From Lama glama (taxonomy: Eukaryota): a stretch of 64,000 nucleotides of DNA. Under the pieces are notes generated by a model. The model saw only the letters and a list, made by a program, of their open reading frames with translations. It had not been told where the DNA came from and searched no databases. Both the position numbers and the translations under genes were made by a program. The DNA is taken from positions 101,744,001 through 101,808,000 of the forward strand of contig CM052817.1 of assembly GCA_028534125.1 (NCBI GenBank), written 5' to 3'. Below, in pieces: positions 59,980-64,000 of this stretch (its first letter is position 1; each line of letters begins with the position of its first letter).

Positions 59980-60618
59980 ATATCTTGATTATCAAGGTAT
60001 TGACTATTCCCCTCCTGTGCTGTGCCCTGTGACATGGGGGCTGGAACTCGGCAGGCTGCCTCTCTGCTGGGTTCTGCCAATAGGAGGCACTAGAGGGCAT
60101 CTTTGAGGATGGAGGAGGAAGGATTTGCTCCTTCTGGTCTACTCCTGTTCCTGTCAGTGTTGTCCCAGAAATGGTTGTTCATTCTGGCCATGGCAGCTGG
60201 GTCCAGTGTCCAGTTTTTTCCCCACTCTCAGAATCATGCTCACTGAAGTCCCTCAGGGACGAGCTCCAGACAGCCGGTGCTGTTTCCCTCAGAGATCTGG
60301 GCTCTAGCTCCACGGGGTCCTTTCTCCAAGTTCCAGAGACACCAGCGCTTAGTCAAGCAACACACTTCCTTGGAGGTCTGGGTCCTCACTCTGCGGGGTT
60401 ACTATTCCAGGCTTCTAGTTTCTAATAATTCCACTTGCTTCTTTTTGTCCCCGCAGCCTGCAGGGTGGCCACTGCCTCCTGCGGTAACATCTCTGGGTTA
60501 CCTCAGGGTTCCCCTTGCTTTTTCAGTCCTTCCATATTTAAACAACTCCCTGTATTAAATTCTGTCTGTTGAAAGAGCACCTTCTGGGTTTTTGCTTTTC
60601 TGACTGAACCCTGATACC
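59980..60618 (+). mobile_element. ERVL LTR (LTR33-like)
   Basis: GTTCTGCCAATAGGAGGCACTAGAGGG...TCTCTGGGTTACCTCA...TGTATTAAATTC...CTGACTGAACCCTGA. Confidence 0.7.
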
Positions 60619-60879
60619 AGCCATGTCCATCTCACTGTGACATTTGTAATATTAGTGATATTAGCACTCTGCTACGGCTTTCAAATCCCAGAATGTGGGT
60701 ATTATCATGTTCTTTAAAAGCTATCCAGGAAGCATATAAACTACTGTCTTTCTTTCGCTGTAGTTCGACAGAGCACTTGAATCGCAATCACTTGGAGTGC
60801 TCGCTTAAAATGCGCATTCCTGAGTCTCACCCCCAGACAAATTTGCATTTCAGACAAACTTTCTAGGTGACTGTCCATG

Positions 60880-61653
60880 ATGGCTATGATGATTAATTTT
60901 GTGTCGACTTGGCAAGGCTATGGTGCTCAGTTGTCTGGTCAAACACCAGTCTAGATGTTGGCTGTGAAGATATTTTTAAGATAGGATTTACATTTTAAAA
61001 AATTCTTTATTTTTTTAAACAAAAGAAGAATTTATGGGTTACTTTATATTAACAGTGATCACAAAATATTGGCTACATTCCTCATGTTGTATAGTACATC
61101 CTTGAGCCTATCTTACACCCAATAGTTTGTACTTCCCAATCCCCCTCCGCTATATTGCGCCCCCGTTTCCCACAGCTAATCCTTAGTTTGTTCTCTGTGT
61201 CTGTGAGTCCACCTCTTTTTTGTTGTGTTCACTAGTTTGTTGTGTTTTTTAGATTCCACATTTAAGTGATATCATATGGTAGTTGTCTTTCTTTGTTGTG
61301 ATTCACATTTAAATTAGTAGACTTTGGGTAAGGCAGATAACCCTCCATAATATGGGTGGGCCGCATCCAATCAGTTGAAGGTCTTAAGACCAAAGACCAA
61401 CATTTCCAAAAGAAAGGATCTGGCCTCAAAGCTGCAACAGAGGAAACACGCCTGAGTTTCCAGCCTGCTGGCCTGTTCTGTGGATTCAACTTTTACCTGA
61501 CTTTCCAGTCTTCTGGGCTTGCAAGCAACCATAATCTTGTGAGTCGACTCGACTCCTGAAAATAGATACCTTTGTCTCTACCTTTCTCTCTCTGTATATG
61601 TGTGTGTGTATGTGTATGTATTTAATTGATTCTATTTTTTCTGGAGGACCTGA
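60880..61653 (+). mobile_element. MLT2-type ERVL LTR interrupted by L1, flanked by MER5-like pieces
   Basis: TTAATTTTGTGTCGACTTGG...GGTCAAACACCAGTCTAGATGTTG; resumes CCCTCCATAATATGGGTGGGCCGCATCCAATCAGTTGAAGG. Confidence 0.85.
61000..61295 (-). mobile_element. L1 3' UTR fragment nested in MLT2
   Basis: TTGGCTACATTCCTCATGTTGTA...TTTTAGATTCCACAT; flanks GATTTACATTTTAAA and GATTCACATTTAAA. Confidence 0.85.
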
Positions 61654-63362
61654 GGTGCGGCTTAGGCATCTGCATTTTAACCAGCACTCTAGGTGATTAT
61701 GATGTGCTGGACTATGCAGTTTTCTAGTGAGAGCTTTAGAGAGCAGAAAACTCTGTCAAAATGGTCACCAAGTGCTTTGAAACAAATGGTTTATTTGTGC
61801 ATTCATCCAATAGGTATTTCTCATGGGTGTACCATGGGCCTAGGAACTATTCTGGCATGCACTGGGCATACTGTAGTGTATGAGATAAATCTCAGCAACT
61901 TTCCAGAGGAGTCCTCACTCTACAGGATTCTTAAGGTGGATCTTCTTGGCCAATTTGAAAAAATTAGGCTTGTATACATTTTAAAGTTCTACATCTATCC
62001 TCTTTCCCTTCTTGTATACTAAAATTTTGACTTTAGCCATAATAACTATGCTTTTATGGTGATTCCATGCTTTAAGAAAATTTTCTTTAGTCTTAGAGTC
62101 AGGCCTTTTGGCATTTAATTGTTAAAGCCCTATTATTTTTTTTAATTTTTAGTGAAGATATTGTAAATTAAATTCAAGAAGTACTTACTATGTGCAAGGC
62201 ATTATATTAAATATTTCCCCCTTTGGGGGTTCACAGTTTAGGTAGGAAAAGACTAGGATCCTAAACTAGCCATTAAAACACAGCAAAGTTGTCCTAAAGG
62301 CATGTGTGCAGTGTCCTGGGAGGACAGAATGGGTTCCATCCTGGAGCTGGCTGTAGGAGACAACCTCTGCTCTGGCTTAAGTAAGATTTCTTGAATTGAG
62401 AGTTACAATGTTGTGTATAAGCACTGAAGAATCAAGCTACAGGGCTCCCTAACGGTCCACTCTGCGCCATAGGTCCTGACTTTAGTTTCTGCTGCCTTCT
62501 GTTTACTTGGTATCAGACTCATTGCTGGGAGTGGTGTGTGTGGAGCTGAGGGGAAGGTACTGAAAATAAAGTTGTTCGGGGGAGATAACACTGAATCTTT
62601 AATCCTGCATTTTTTTGATCTTCCATTATCTTCTGGGTTTCCTTTGGCTCTAGACTCCAGACATTTGAGAATGAATCTTAATCACCATATGAAGTAAAGT
62701 TAAGGTAATAATGATTTTTATTGATAATAAGGCATTCTTCTTTGAATGTTGTATTTGGTAAATGCTAGGTTCCAAGTTTCTCATAAGGAACGAATTTTCC
62801 AAGAGACCCCAAAGGAATGTGCTGCATATTTCACGCACAGACCAGGAAGAGCTGGAGTAGATTAGTACCCAAGGAATCCGTGTATCCTGAAATACAGATT
62901 CATTCAACATATTCAAACACAGGTTTCAGTTACTAGATCCTGCTTCAAACTATCCTTCTGAAGATAATTTTTGAAATGACATGGTCCATGTTCAAATTAA
63001 TGAAGGTGAAAGGAAAGGTCATGTTTGATTGAGTCACCAATGAAAACAGGAGAATTTCTGCGTCATAAATCTTTTATGCCACATCATTTTAATCACCCTT
63101 TGTGAAGATGATGCCAATAAAGGCATCCAAAGTTTTGATCCTTCAGTCATTTCGTTTTACTAAGGAAAGAAGCCCAAGTCCTTATCATTTTGTATTTGGA
63201 CTCTTTATTGAAGGTGCACACACACAGACACACAATGTGCATATAAAAATTACATGCACACACACGTGATGATACAGTAGCCTCAAAATACATGACAGGA
63301 AGCACAGCCCCTGTCACAGAGTTGGGAAGAGTTGGGGAGTGCTCACTCACGTTTAACTGATC

Positions 63363-63897
63363 TGTTACCAGACTCAGGTTTGGCTGCTCATGGCCCGAAA
63401 GCCAGTACTCAAGAGATGAGTGTTGGCTGGAAAGGGAAAGTTGCTTTATTCAAGAGTCTGGCAACCTGGGGAGATGACAGTCTTGTGTCCAAAAACCAAC
63501 TCCAAAGATTCTGCTTGACCATGAAAATTTTAAAAGGGAGAATCATTTGAGGAGGGGTGAACTTTCTCCTGATTGGCTGGTGGTGAGGTAGCAGGGTGAT
63601 GCTCCAGGAATCTTGTGCTCTGCTGGAAGTAACCATCCTCTGCCTGGGTGGGAGCCTTAGTTCCTACAGAAGGACTCAAAGGTATTGTTATGTATATTCC
63701 TTGAGGAGGAACCGGGACCCTGCCCCGAGGCTGCACTGTTGTTTCTTGACTGCCCCTCCTTTGTTTCTGCCTTCCCTCCCTTCCCTGATGAGCAGTTGTT
63801 GGAATCTGCCCTTTGGTACTCAGGGAAGGTCAAGGAGGCTGAGTGAAGCCTATTTCCTACAAACAAGAAACAGGGGACACAGAAAGGATCTGTACCA
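63363..63897 (-). mobile_element. ERV1-class LTR of an artiodactyl-type family
   Basis: Plus TGTTACC terminus; minus-strand AATAAA at 63445-63450, TTTTAAAA TATA-like and CCAATCAG elements in LTR order. Confidence 0.8.
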
Positions 63898-64000
63898 GTG
63901 AGACAGGAAGGCATGGGGCAGGGCACAGCCATTCAAGGAATGACACAGCAGTTAACACCAAAAAGGCAGAAGATTCAGTTCCCAGCAGTTCTTGAGGCCC

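Overview
Mammalian genomic DNA, probably from a camelid: it carries tRNA-derived SINEs and short L1 3' ends of a type I associate with Camelidae, though that is recall and not a database search. The only supportable protein-coding gene is SFRP2 (secreted frizzled-related protein 2), complete on the minus strand. Its three coding exons are 9384-8886, 6510-6430 and 2481-2177, with GT-AG phase-1 introns, totalling 885 nt = 294 aa + stop. It has a CpG-island promoter (~8.7-10.3 kb), two further upstream CpG islands and a 3' UTR with several candidate poly(A) signals. The remaining ~48 kb is gene-free upstream sequence filled with SINEs, L1/L2 fragments, solo LTRs and hAT DNA-transposon relics, with one 500-N scaffold gap. 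I found no evidence of a new multi-gene system. The most unusual structures are a 169-bp near-perfect AT-centred palindrome (56304-56472), a TSD-flanked short insert resembling only an L1 5' end (34350-34528), a templated-repeat mosaic (15872-15965), and a Sox-Oct-like octamer overlapping the TATA-position element of SFRP2. Repeat family names and most repeat boundaries are approximate, by-eye assignments.
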